From Octopus sinensis (Eukaryota): a DNA stretch of 37,321 nucleotides. Positions 22,797 to 33,583 of the stretch are shown piece after piece; positions within the stretch are counted from its first letter, which is position 1; every line of letters begins with the position of its first letter. Where the stretch lies: contig NW_021836815.1 of the NCBI RefSeq assembly GCF_006345805.1, positions 1 through 37,321 of the forward strand. The letters are read 5' to 3'. Both the position numbers and the translations under genes were made by a program. The notes under the pieces are model-generated. The model did not search any database and was not told where the DNA came from. It was given only the letters and a program-made list of their open reading frames with translations.

Positions 22797-24072
22797 TATG
22801 CGTGATCTGGTCAAAAAGTATCCGGATTGTTGCCATAGTAACGAAGCTAAAGCACGCCGAGTAAAGCCGCTTGGTACAAATTGATCTTGAGCTCTGTTGT
22901 GCTTGTGCCCTAAGTTTAAGGCTCTGGTTCACTTCTGCTGTTTACAGCAATGCCTGGAAGGAACTTGTGTAGCGTGTGATCGTCTCATTGACTATGAATC
23001 TGCATCAACATTTGCCAAAAGCTTGGAGATACCTCCTCAGAGGGCAACGCAAAGTTGCAGAGAGTGTATGGAATAGATAGTGACCTGCAAACAACAGAAC
23101 TGAGACTAACAAAAGGCGGCGAGCTGGCAGAAACGTTAGTACGCCGGGCGAAATGCTTAGCAGTATTTCGTCTGCCGCTACGTTCTGAGTTCAAATTCCG
23201 CTGAGGTCGACTTTGCCTTTCATCCTTTCGGGGTCGATTAAGTAAGTACCAGCTACGCACTGGGGTCGATCTAATCGACTTAATCCGTTTCTCTGTCCAT
23301 GTTTGTCCTCTCTGTGGTTAGCCCCTTGTGGGTAGTAAAGAAATAGAAATAGGTATTTCGGTTGCCGTTACGTTCTGAGTTCCGCCGAGGTCGACTTTGC
23401 CTTTCATCCTTCCGGGGTCGATTAAATAAATACCAGTTACTCACTTGGGTCGATATAATCGACTTAATCCGTTTGTCCTTATTTGTCCCCTCTGTGTGTA
23501 GCCCATGTGAGCAGTAAATAAATAAGAACTGAAACTAACATCGCACATGTGCTTGCAGCTGTGAGGGGAAATCGTCGAATCACCATCCGTGAGTTATCAG
23601 AGGATGTACAGATTTGCTACGGTTCATTTCAGTGAATCATCACTGAAGATTTGGGTATGAGACGCGTGTCTACCAAGTTTGTGCCAAAACTGCTTTCAGT
23701 AGACAACACATCTGCCCATTCAGCGCAGATTGTAAAGCAGTTTTTGGCTAGGCACAGCATTTCCCAGGTCCGTCAGTCACCGTGTTCCCCAGATCTCGCC
23801 CCTTGCAACTGCTTCCGCTTTACAAAAATCAAATCCCGCTTGAAAGGAAGAAGATTTCAGGATCTCTCGAGGAAATCAAAGTGAATGCGATGAGGCAACT
23901 GCTGATTATCTCAAAAAACGAGCTCCAGAAGTGTTTCCATCAATGGAAACAGCGCTGTATTAAGTGTATGGCTTCCGAAGGGGACTTCTTTGAAGAAGAT
24001 TAAATGCCAAATTGGTACGTGTTGTAGTTTTGTTTTCGTATCAGTCCGGATACTTATTGATCAGACCTCATA
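22797..24072 (+). mobile_element. Internally deleted mariner (Tc1/mariner) DNA transposon with a transposase pseudogene
   Basis: Imperfect TIRs 22797-22829 (tatgcgtgatctggtcaaaaagtatccggattg) and 24042-24072 (cagtccggatacttattgatcagacctcata). Remnant translation ICINICQKLGDTSSEGNAKLQRVYG / RTETNIAHVLAAVRGNRRITIRELSED / GMRRVSTKFVPKLL / DNTSAH / CSPDLAPCN / KGRRFQD / GDFFEED*, matching mariner WVPHEL-, HDNA- and YSPDLAP-type motifs. Stops, frameshifts and two deletions. Confidence 0.92.
23112..23524 (+). mobile_element. SINE family A dimer (head-body-T1-body-T1) inserted in the mariner
   Basis: 16-bp TSD with 1 mismatch: agaactgagactaaca 23096-23111 and agaactgaaactaaca 23525-23540. Confidence 0.93.
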
Positions 24073-24094
24073 TAATAGTGTCTCAAACCGATAC

Positions 24095-24243
24095 ATCACT
24101 CATACGTACATATATGTATATATGTACGTAATTAGGTACGTATATAACTGCGTGTGCGTGTCTGTGTATGTATGTATGTGTGTGTGTGTGCTGTATGTGC
24201 GCGTGTATGTGTGTTATTTATATATATATATAGTTATCTATCA

Positions 24244-24276
<33 letters not shown>

Positions 24277-24592
24277 TATATAAATATATATATATATATA
24301 CATATATATGTGTGTATATATATATATATATATAAATATATATATATACATATATATATGTGTATATATATATGTATATATATATACATATGTATACATA
24401 GAGATATAATTATGAATATATATATATATGTGTGTGCGTGTGTGTGTGTATCTGTGTATATATGTATATGTGTGTGTACATATATACACACAGACACGCA
24501 CACACAGTTATATACATACTTAATTACATACACATATACACATCTGTACATATGACTGATGTATGAGTTTGAGACACCATATACATAATACA

Positions 24593-24642
<50 letters not shown>

Positions 24643-24830
24643 AATATACATACATATATATATATATAATATACATACATACATATATATACATATATAT
24701 ATATATAAATACATACATACATATATATACATATATATATATATAAATATACATACATACATATATACATATATATATATATAAATATACATACATACAT
24801 ATATATACATATATATATAAATATACATAC

Positions 24831-24863
<33 letters not shown>

Positions 24864-24875
24864 ATATATATAAAT

Positions 24876-24928
<53 letters not shown>

Positions 24929-24990
24929 TACATACACACATATATATGTATGTATACGTATGCATACACACATGCCCACACATACACACA
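24095..24990. repeat. Large compound (TA)n/(CATA)n microsatellite
   Basis: Direct reading. A higher-order unit of about 36-40 bp (atatatatataaatatacatacatacatatatatac) repeats in about 24600-24930. Confidence 0.95.
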
Positions 24991-25451
24991 CGTATTAAAT
25001 ACTTCACGGAACGCAAAACGATTTTCCATCTCATTTCAATCCCTTTTCATATTCGATGAATGCTCCTTGTCTTACATTGCACAACTTTGCTTGTTTAATC
25101 TTCCTAAGTAAGACTCGGTTTTGCATTATGTCATTCACTTCATGTGACTACTACTCCGTCCGCATCCAATCCACACCTGCCACATTCTTAACCTTGGACT
25201 GCAACATAACAATTGCCCCCCCACGCTACTCCCTACTCTCTGGAACCCCCTACTGATTAAATGTGAAAGCATTAAGCAACGAACTCATTGCTCTGATGAT
25301 ACTATTGTTAAGAAACCGATACGACGTAGACATTTATCAAAGATCTTTTTAATGTTCTAGGTTTATTTTATGTTTTATATTTTTCATTTTGTTTTGTTCT
25401 TGGCGTCAGAAAATGTTGCAGCCTTTTAAAGTACACACACACACACGCACT

Positions 25452-25860
25452 ATGTATGTATGTATGTATGTATGTATGTATGTATGTATGTATGTATGTA
25501 TGTATGTATGTATGTATGTATGTATGTATGTATTTGCGTATGCATACATATATTTACACACATACGTATACATATGTATGCATTAGTTATATCAGAGATG
25601 GTGGACATATTAAAATATGCACTTGTATATATATAAAATATATATGATATATATTATGTATATATATATATATATATATATAAATATAAAATATACACAT
25701 ATACATATACATTTATATAGATAGATAGATAGATAGATAGATGAATAGATGGATGGATTGATGGATAAATAGATAGACAGACAGACAAACAGATATATAT
25801 ATATATGTTCATATATGTATATATATATAGATAGATAGATAGATAGATAGGCTTATATAT
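25452..25860. repeat. (TATG)n, (TA)n and (GATA)n microsatellite cluster
   Basis: Direct reading. Confidence 0.9.
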
Positions 25861-26122
25861 ATGAGGCAGAAAGTATTTAAGTTTATATCAGGATCTTACG
25901 TCCATAAAGGAAATTAGTTTTGTATGCACATTCACGAGCATGCGCATATACAAACATATATAGACGCACAGATAGGTTGTCGTATGTGTAAAATTATATA
26001 ATATAATACAATGTATGTATATATATATATGTGTGTATGAAAGTGTATGTGTATAATTTTCATAGTTGCATATCCTTACCCTCTAAAACATTCTACACAC
26101 ACACACACACACACATACACAC

Positions 26123-26167
<45 letters not shown>

Positions 26168-26914
26168 TCCAACATGCATCCATGAATGTTTTGCATGCAC
26201 ATGCGCACTTAAGAAGCCTTAATATTCTCGCTCGCACACGCGTCACTACTTCTCTCCTTTGTTTCCCCCTTGCAAATCGCCAACGGGCCCTTATCTCAAT
26301 TAAATGCTTAAAATCCACACTGAACTGGTTTCCCAAGAATTATCTGTAAGGCTCACACACAGAAGAAAGAAAAATAGCAAATGCAGCCTTACTGCCTGCC
26401 TTTCAGATTGCCTGTCCGTCCGTCAGTCCGTCTGTCCGTTCGTCCTCTACCTACCTGTCTGTTTGACTACTTGGCTGTTTGTTTAATCTTCAGCAAATGG
26501 CGTCTGCCAGTCGAGAATTAGCATCAAAACCACGACTGACATTCTCATCGCTGCCTTCTAGCTGTTATTACAGTAGCTGCCATCAATGATAACATTACTA
26601 TCATCTATCGATTTCCTTCTCCTCTCTCCCTCCCTCTCTTATATCCCATCTTTCTGTCTCCAGGCACTGTCCCTTATTTCCCGTCTCCTCTCCTCATTCT
26701 CCCCTCTTTTCTCTCTCCTCTCTGCTTTTCCACTATCACCTAATAAATATACATGTATGGATGCTAATAATAATTGTTTCATAAATAAGTTTGAAGCCTT
26801 AGACTTTCACAACAGTGGAACACAAGATGTGACGTTCATACGTTGTTTTTCCCCAAAGGGCTTTTGTGACGTAGGTGCATTGAAATGGCAACTACTGTTA
26901 AAATACTTCACGCA

Positions 26915-27035
26915 ACTACGTGGCAAAATGGTTAGGGTGTTCGGCTCATGATCATATGCTCATTGGTTCAAATTCTGCACAGGGCAACGTACTGAGATAC
27001 TTAAACAAGGTACTTCCTTTCTCGTTGCTCCAGTT
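26915..27035 (+). mobile_element. tRNA-headed CORE-like SINE, 5' part
   Basis: tggcaaaatggttagggtgttcggctc...ggttcaaattc...cttaaacaaggtacttcctttctcgttgctccagtt. Confidence 0.7.
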
Positions 27036-27057
27036 TCCCTTAGTTTAAATGATTAGT

Positions 27058-27445
27058 AACCTATTTCTTTACTACCCACAAGAGGCTAAACACAGAGAGG
27101 ACAAACAAGGACAGACAAACGGATTAAGTCGATTATATCGACCCCAGTGCGTAACTGGTACTTATTTAATCGACCCCGAAAGGAGGAAAGGCATAGTCGA
27201 CCTCGGCGGAATTTCAACTCAGAACGTAACAGAAGACGAAATACCTATTTCTATTTCTTTACTACCCACAAGGGGCTAAACACAGAGAGGACAAACAAGG
27301 ACAGACAAACGGATTAAGTCGATTATATCGACCCCAGTGCGTAACTGGTACTTATTTAATCGACCCCGAAAGGTGGAAAGGCAAAGTCGACCTCGGCGGA
27401 ATTTGAACTTAGAACGTTGCGACAGACGAAATACCGCACGCTGGC
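27058..27445 (-). mobile_element. SINE family A dimer (two T1 units, 5'-truncated head)
   Basis: Two near-identical units joined at gacgaaatacctatttctatttcttta (about 27235-27261). Confidence 0.9.
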
Positions 27446-27593
27446 GCAGAAGTCTCACTCTACCCAGCCGTCACATCCTGGGTCAAGATGTTTTTGTTAA
27501 GGTTGTCTCTACTGATATTCTATAGAAATTATGCCCAGCGTTGATTTTTGTTACGTTAGATGTAAACAAACAACGAGATCGAAAAGGAAAAAA

Positions 27594-27647
27594 GGGCAAC
27601 GGACGTATACGTCATGTTTCGGGACTTTTGCTCTTTCGTCAGCACCC
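27594..27647 (-). ncRNA. Degenerate type I hammerhead-like motif
   Basis: Minus strand reads GGGTG CTGACGA aagagcaaaagtccc GAA ACATgacgtatACGT C cgttgCCC. Core intact, GUC triplet, 12-bp palindrome gacgtatacgtc at 27602-27613; stems I and II are poorly paired. Confidence 0.4.
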
Positions 27648-27928
27648 ATCTAACCTCTTAATTATCTACAAACACATTGCTTAAATAGCTACTGAATACA
27701 GCGGTGTAACGTTATTGAGTATACCCAATTTTATATGTTAAACACATTCATGGAAGCTTGTACATATATTTTAATGACTTGTAGAGACGCGGTATTTCGT
27801 TATGCAACTATATTCTATAAAGTATATAAGCACTTTAGCAGACTATGTAGTCTCCTAAATCAATTAGTGGAAGCATGCTACATTGGTAAATCATATTCAC
27901 CCGCTAGTGACGGATATTAAGAAGGCTG

Positions 27929-28207
27929 AAGACCCCCTTCGGTCATGAATGACCATGGGGTGCACCAAAAAACTTCCGCTCTGAGACACAAGATCGAGCA
28001 AGGTTGTTTATGGAAGACCTGCAGTTGCTCATGCATGCCAGTCTCACTTCTCCATGCCACCGATGTTATCGAAAGAAAAGCAAAGGCCGATACGGCTTTG
28101 ACACGTTTGACGTCGCAACACATTTCTACAGCTGAGTGAACTGGAGCAACGTGAAATAAAGTGTCTTGCCCAAGAGCACAGCACAGAGCCTAACCACTGA
28201 GACATGA
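27929..28207 (-). mobile_element. CORE-like SINE with collapsed tRNA head
   Basis: Minus strand reads ctcagtggttagg..gtgctcttgggcaagacactttatttcacgttgctccagttcactcagctgtagaaatg...catgaccgaagggggtctt. Confidence 0.75.
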
Positions 28208-28379
28208 TGTGCCTTCACAACGGATGTTTATAATAGACTGATACAATCAAATACTTCGAATATGAGTTCTCCAGCAATTATCAACCAAGATAGGAGATTC
28301 TGATAAATTCCTTGTGATGATGCACCAAAGTCATCATACGCATACACCCCGTAAGTCAACTCATGACTGAATAAGACCA

Positions 28380-28690
28380 CATCTTAAACCCATTTCACTC
28401 TCAGAAACATCAGATATTTGGTCTTCCCATCGCTGATGACGTCTTATATGGCTCCTAAGGCCTACAAGAGACCGACAAGTTTTTTCCCCATAGACCACTA
28501 CTCGGTTTTCCACAAACAATTTGACCATCTGGATGTTGGGGGTCTACAATGCCGAATGAGTCCACTGGTCAATCCGCATATTCTGCTACACAAGGTGCAA
28601 AAGACAACATGCTGGATATCAATCACATTGCTAGACGGAGGCGCTTCCGTCACCAAGCTTGTGGCTAAGTAAACCTACGTTAGAGAATAA
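28380..28690 (-). pseudogene. Decayed LINE C-terminus with two C2H2-like zinc fingers (RTE-like)
   Basis: Minus-strand frames FCTLCSRICGLTSGLIRHCR (from 28602) and, after a frameshift, GEKTCRSLVGLRSHIRRH. These resemble the CxxC..S..GL.SH.R.H fingers at the end of RTE-clade ORFs (family knowledge, not searched). Confidence 0.55.
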
Positions 28691-29289
28691 GAAACGACAG
28701 GTTACACGAAAGAGATCCTTGCGAGCCCTCCTTATACATTCATAATACATACATACAAACATACATACATAAATGTGTGTGTGGGGGTGTGACTGTGTGT
28801 ACATTCATAGATACGCACACATATACCGGTTTATATATATGGACACACGTACACACACATATTAGACTGCGAAAGTGGTTTCATTTCAAATACTTTTATA
28901 TACATACAGTGATGTCATCGAGGTACGGCGTTCTTTGAGCAAAGGACCGCGACGTTGTAAAACGAAACTCGTAGGCATGTATGTCTGTGCCCATTTGTAC
29001 ATGTGTTTCTGCGCATGTGTGTGAGTGTACACAAATATACATATACACACGCATACATGTCTGTGTGTGTATGCGTGTGTGTGTCAGTGTGTGTGTTTGT
29101 ATGTTTGTAAATCTGTATGCGCGTATGTATGGTAAATAGTTTTATCAGAAGTAACGACTATGTAAGTATTATGAAATGGTTTCCATCAGTAATTGAAACA
29201 GCGTCATATATTCAACATGCCACTGTCTTATCTTAACTCTCCATCTTTATCTCTTTATAAGAGAACATTTAATGCTTCTCCGCATTTCC

Positions 29290-29420
29290 TTTGTTTGTTA
29301 AAAGCTTCCAATTGCCAGAGTCGTTAGAACGTCAGATAAAATCGCTTGCACTAGTTATTTCGGCTTTCTACGCTCTTGAGTTCAAACCCCACAAAATTCG
29401 ACTTTGTTTTCGTTTGTTAC
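29290..29420 (+). mobile_element. Old diverged SINE family A 5' part
   Basis: tgccagagtcgttagaacgtcag...gagttcaaacccc...ttcgactttg. Confidence 0.6.
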
Positions 29421-29535
29421 GAGTCGGTGCTACGCTGCGGGACTTCAGCAGATAGTTTTGAATCTATTTGTATATAAGTCATAAACCAGAGATTCAATTC
29501 GATCCAGTTTGATCCGGATGCACGATATTGATAAG

Positions 29536-29666
29536 CACCGTATGGCTCGCTATCTTCATTGACCTCGCACAGGACCGTCGAGCCATGGTTCGTGATGCCG
29601 TTAGAACCAGAGAAGAAGCCGGTTCAACCCGCCCTGCGTGAACGCCGTCACAAGTACAAAATAAGT
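29536..29666 (+). mobile_element. 5'-truncated RTE-like LINE 3' end
   Basis: Perfect 14-bp TSD acgatattgataag at 29522-29535 and 29667-29680. The insert encodes WLAIFIDLAQDRRAMVRDAVRTREEAGSTRPA* followed by a caagta-type tail. Confidence 0.75.
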
Positions 29667-29787
29667 ACGATATTGATAAGTCACAATAATGGCGAAATAT
29701 CGGTAATTACCACACTCGAATTCAATTCAGGTGTCTTTTAAAACTCAGTATTGTGTTGGGAACTATCCCAAACGCTATCCCGCTGGC

Positions 29788-30465
29788 GAAATTTGTTTTC
29801 CCACGAGAGTACCGGACCCCAGTTATGAACTCATTTGCATACAGCTAATCAGAGCTCAAATATCAAACTAGCTACCACTTTGTCACGAAAATATTCTGGT
29901 TGAATTCAGTGGAAAATGTGCCTTATAGCAAAATCTAACTGTTCTAAATGGGTTAATAGGGGGTGACAAATGTGGAATTTAGTGTATAAAGTGAATGGAG
30001 AACTACTCACCGACGATGCCATAAGTGTTGCCAATTTGCGTCATTTTCTTGAAAATGTAAATGAGTGTGGTTTCCTAATTTTTTGACTGATTTTGTATAT
30101 TCCTTATTTAAAATGTTGGTGTTGATCTGGAAACATCGTAATAATCAATATAGCGTTGTGTCGTATTGCGTCTTCCTTGCACATCAATGGGTACATGCAG
30201 TATCACTAATCTCAGTCTGAACGTAGGTACCTAATGTTAGCCCTATGTAAAGATGGGGCTCAATTGATCTATAAAGATGGGGCAGAATGTAATGCTTATC
30301 TGAGACCTGTATGCTGTACTCACAGAGTGGTATACATCATTCTATGTCTGACTGGCGTAGAATGTAGTAGTAAACAGTATGTGGATTTTCAAGGTGAGCT
30401 CTGATTGGCTGTATGCAAATTACTTCATTACTGGGGTCCGGAACTCTCGTGGGAAAACAAATTTC
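29788..30465. mobile_element. Inverted-repeat-bounded element (putative non-autonomous DNA transposon)
   Basis: 70-bp inverted repeats at 29788-29857 and 30396-30465 with few mismatches. They contain ATTTGCAT and a CCAAT-like site. Confidence 0.7.
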
Positions 30466-30625
30466 ATATCACGCTGCAAAATTCGGCGAATATACAAAAT
30501 ACATACACTCTGTTCTATAAGGTATATTGGTATGTATACCATGTAGATCAGCGTATATTTTTCATTTTTCGTTCCATGTGTGGATAAGTAGATCCCGAAT
30601 ACATGTTTACAAAACGTGTATGTAC

Positions 30626-30830
30626 TCTTAACTCTTTTACCTGTTTCAGTCATTCGACTGCGGCCATTCGACTGCACCGCCTTTAGTCGAACATATCGAC
30701 CCAAGAACTTATTCTTTGAAAGCCTAGTACTTATTCTACCGGTCTCTTTTGCCGAGCCGCTAAGTTACGGGGACTTAAACACACCAGCATCGGTTGTCAA
30801 TCGATGGTGGTGGTGGTGGGGGAGACAACA
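30626..30830 (-). mobile_element. SINE family B 3' half
   Basis: ctcttttacctgtttcagtcattcgactgcggcc...gccgagccgctaagttacgggg..acaccagcatcggttgtcaa. Confidence 0.85.
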
Positions 30831-30834
30831 TTTT

Positions 30835-31165
30835 CGGAGTCGATAAAATAGTAACAATTGATCACCGTGGGCGATACCATCGATGTATCCACTCCCTTGA
30901 AATTACTAGATTTGTGTCAAAATTTGAAGCCAATATTTATTATTAAATGTGGCGCGTTTACAGAATCGTTAGCACGCCGGGTTAAAATCTTTAGCGGCAT
31001 TTCGTCTGTCTTTACGATCTCATTTCAAATTGTGTCGTGGTCGATTTTACCTCTCATTTCGGGGTTAATAAAATAAAGAACAGTTAAGATACTGGGGGTC
31101 GATGTAATTAACTAACCCCCTTTCCCAAACTTTCTGGCCTTGTGCCAAAATTTGAAATCAGTATG
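30835..31165 (+). mobile_element. Diverged SINE family A 3' half (about 30835-30940) plus a full copy with tail T2 (about 30948-31165)
   Basis: cggagtcgataaaatagta...ttgtgtcaaaatttgaagcc, then cagaatcgttagcacgccggg...ggccttgtgccaaaatttgaaa. Confidence 0.75.
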
Positions 31166-31914
31166 ATAAAGCTTCTGCATGGTTTTTGAGTATTTTTGTT
31201 TAGAATAACGTAACAGCGAAACTATTGATTGAATAATATATGTGGAACCAATATGGTTTCGTTGAGAAGCTCAGAACGAGTAAGGAGTGTACAAACAAGC
31301 GTTATTTTAGCAATTCCACCTTTTGTAAACATGTATTCAGGATATGCTTATCCACACATGGAACAAAAAACAACAAAAAAAAATACGCTGAACTATATGG
31401 TATACAGACCAATATAACTTATAGAACAAAAATAAAGTAAAAGGAGGCGGTTATCTAAGATAATGCTTAACATATGGTAAAGGAACACAACACTACCTTT
31501 GCGTGTATAGCCATTCACTTATATACATACGTATGTACATCATACAGACGTACATATATTTTTATGTACATGCATATATATAATACGTACATACATCTAT
31601 ATATACAAAAATACGTACATATAAATACATACATTCCATACATGCGTCTGTAAATTTCATATAGTTTTTGGTTCAACTTCACTCTCAATTAAGTATAAAA
31701 CTGCCACACAGTTTTAGAAGTAAATCTTTCTAACTTACAATATGACAGCCGTCCCCATATCTCTCCTATTTATGTGTGCGTGTGTGTGTGTGTGTGTGCG
31801 TGTGTGTGTGTGTGTTTGTGCGTATGTGTGTGTGCGTGTGTAAACACAAATCTTTACACATATGAGCTCGCTTATGTAAATGTGTGCCTATAGATATATG
31901 TGTGTCAGTATATG

Positions 31915-32314
31915 AAGGCGGCGAGCTAGCAGAAACGTTAGCACGCCGGGCGAAATACTTCGCAGTATTTCGTCTGCCGTTACGTTCTGAGTTGAAATTC
32001 CGCCGAGGTCGACTTTGCCTTTCCTACTTTCGGGGTCGATAAATTAAGTACCAGTTACGCACTAGGGTGGATTTAATCGACTTAATCCGTTTGTCTATCC
32101 TTGTTTGTCGTCTCTGTGTTTAGCCCCTTGTGGGTAGTAAAGAAATAGGTATTTCGTCTGTCTTTTACGTTCTGAGTTCAAATTCCACCGAAGTCGATTT
32201 TGCCTTTCATCTCTTCGGGGTCGATAAATTAAGTATCAGTTGCGTACTGGGGTCGATCTAATCAACTGCCCCCACCTTCCGAAATTTTCGGGTCTTGTGC
32301 CTAGAGTAGAAAAG
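31915..32314 (+). mobile_element. SINE family A dimer: head-body-T1-body-T2
   Basis: 8-bp TSD agtatatg at 31907-31914 and 32315-32322. Junction gtaaagaaataggtatttcgtctg at about 32137-32160. Confidence 0.92.
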
Positions 32315-32331
32315 AGTATATGTTTGTGTAC

Positions 32332-32381
<50 letters not shown>

Positions 32382-33088
32382 ATTCAGAGATATACAGACA
32401 ACTTGTCCTTAAGTCAATTTCTCTATATTTTTAAAGATAGCTTCATGGTTTAGTTGAATGAAGAGGCGATGTTCGTATCTCACTTTTAGCTCCTCGGTGA
32501 TTGCTGGAAGCAAAGGAGAAAATTATATTTGTTTTTGTGTTTGTTCCGTAAGATTCATGATAGGAAATCGTGTGTTGAAACAGTTGACATGTCCTGAGAT
32601 CATTTTGCCAATAAAATACACACACTGGTTATATTTCACTTCTCTTGTTGTCGTTGCGATGTGGTTGTTTTTGTTGATGATGATGATGATGATGATGATT
32701 CTGTTGTTACTGTTATAAGTCAGTCAACTAATTAACTAATCAAATGTTTGAACAACCGTTTGATCAATAGATCAGATTTGCCAGAGTTCTTTCCCTGCCT
32801 CTATAACCTCGGGAGCTCTAGGTCGAACAGAAACTCGAATACAATGCAGGCGTGGGAACATTGGTGATTTAGCAGAGGGAGCCGAAAGGACTCTGGAAAA
32901 CCAGCCGTTTGATTGATCTTACAATTAGCCAAACAATCGATTACGTAAATAATTAACTAGTTGATTAATATTAACTAAAAAGACGTAACACATCCAGTGT
33001 ATAGATGACGCGAGCCTTACAAATTACAACCTCACTAGCTGATCCCGTGCCATTAAAAATGAAGGCTAATTGTAGTATTATATATATA

Positions 33089-33583
33089 CTAGCAGTATCG
33101 CCCGGAATTGCTCGGGTTTGTTTCGACCCTTTAGAATTGGAATTTTTGAAAAGTTAAATTTTTGCATTATGTAGCTTGTTATTCTCTTTAAGTGAACATT
33201 TTTCTGGTTGAAATACGCCAAAAAATAGCGACACAACAGTCAAAAAATCGTAACAAATAGGGATTTTCATAGATAAAAAGCACTTTTTTGATGTTAATAA
33301 TTTTTGGAGTTAACATGGTCCGATTTGAAAAATGGCGACACAGCAGTCAAAAAATCGTAAAAATAGGGATTCTCATAGAAAAAAGCACGTTTTTCATGTA
33401 AATAATTTTTGGTCTTAACATGGTCCGATTTGAATTTTATCCTCTACGGAATAAAGAGCAAGCCTTCTTCTATCATATTCTCAATTTTGGTCAACTTGCG
33501 CCGCAGGGTCTCGGAGGAGATAGTGTTAGTTGAAGGCTACCAAACCTACCATACACAGACAACTACAGCTTTATATATAGAGA
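33089..33583 (-). mobile_element. Complete non-autonomous Helitron, about 495 bp
   Basis: Minus strand starts A|TCTCTATATATAAAG (33583) and ends CTAG|T (33089-33092). GC hairpin cccggaattgctcggg at 33101-33116, 8 nt from CTAG. A|T target with no TSD. Internal 107-bp tandem duplication (about 33221-33434). Confidence 0.85.

Larger units (their letters stand above)
30511..31428. mobile_element. MITE-like element with about 105-bp inverted repeats, interrupted by three SINE pieces
   Basis: 30511-30614 is the reverse complement of 31321-31428 (tgttctataag..gtatacca..cagcgtat..gttccatgtgtggataag..gaatacatgtttacaaaa). The left end is preceded by TA-cactc. Confidence 0.75.

Noticed and set aside
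25297-25325. CTGATGA...GAAACCGATA hammerhead-like core
   Set aside because: Stems I and II do not pair and stem III has a mismatch. At best a heavily decayed copy.
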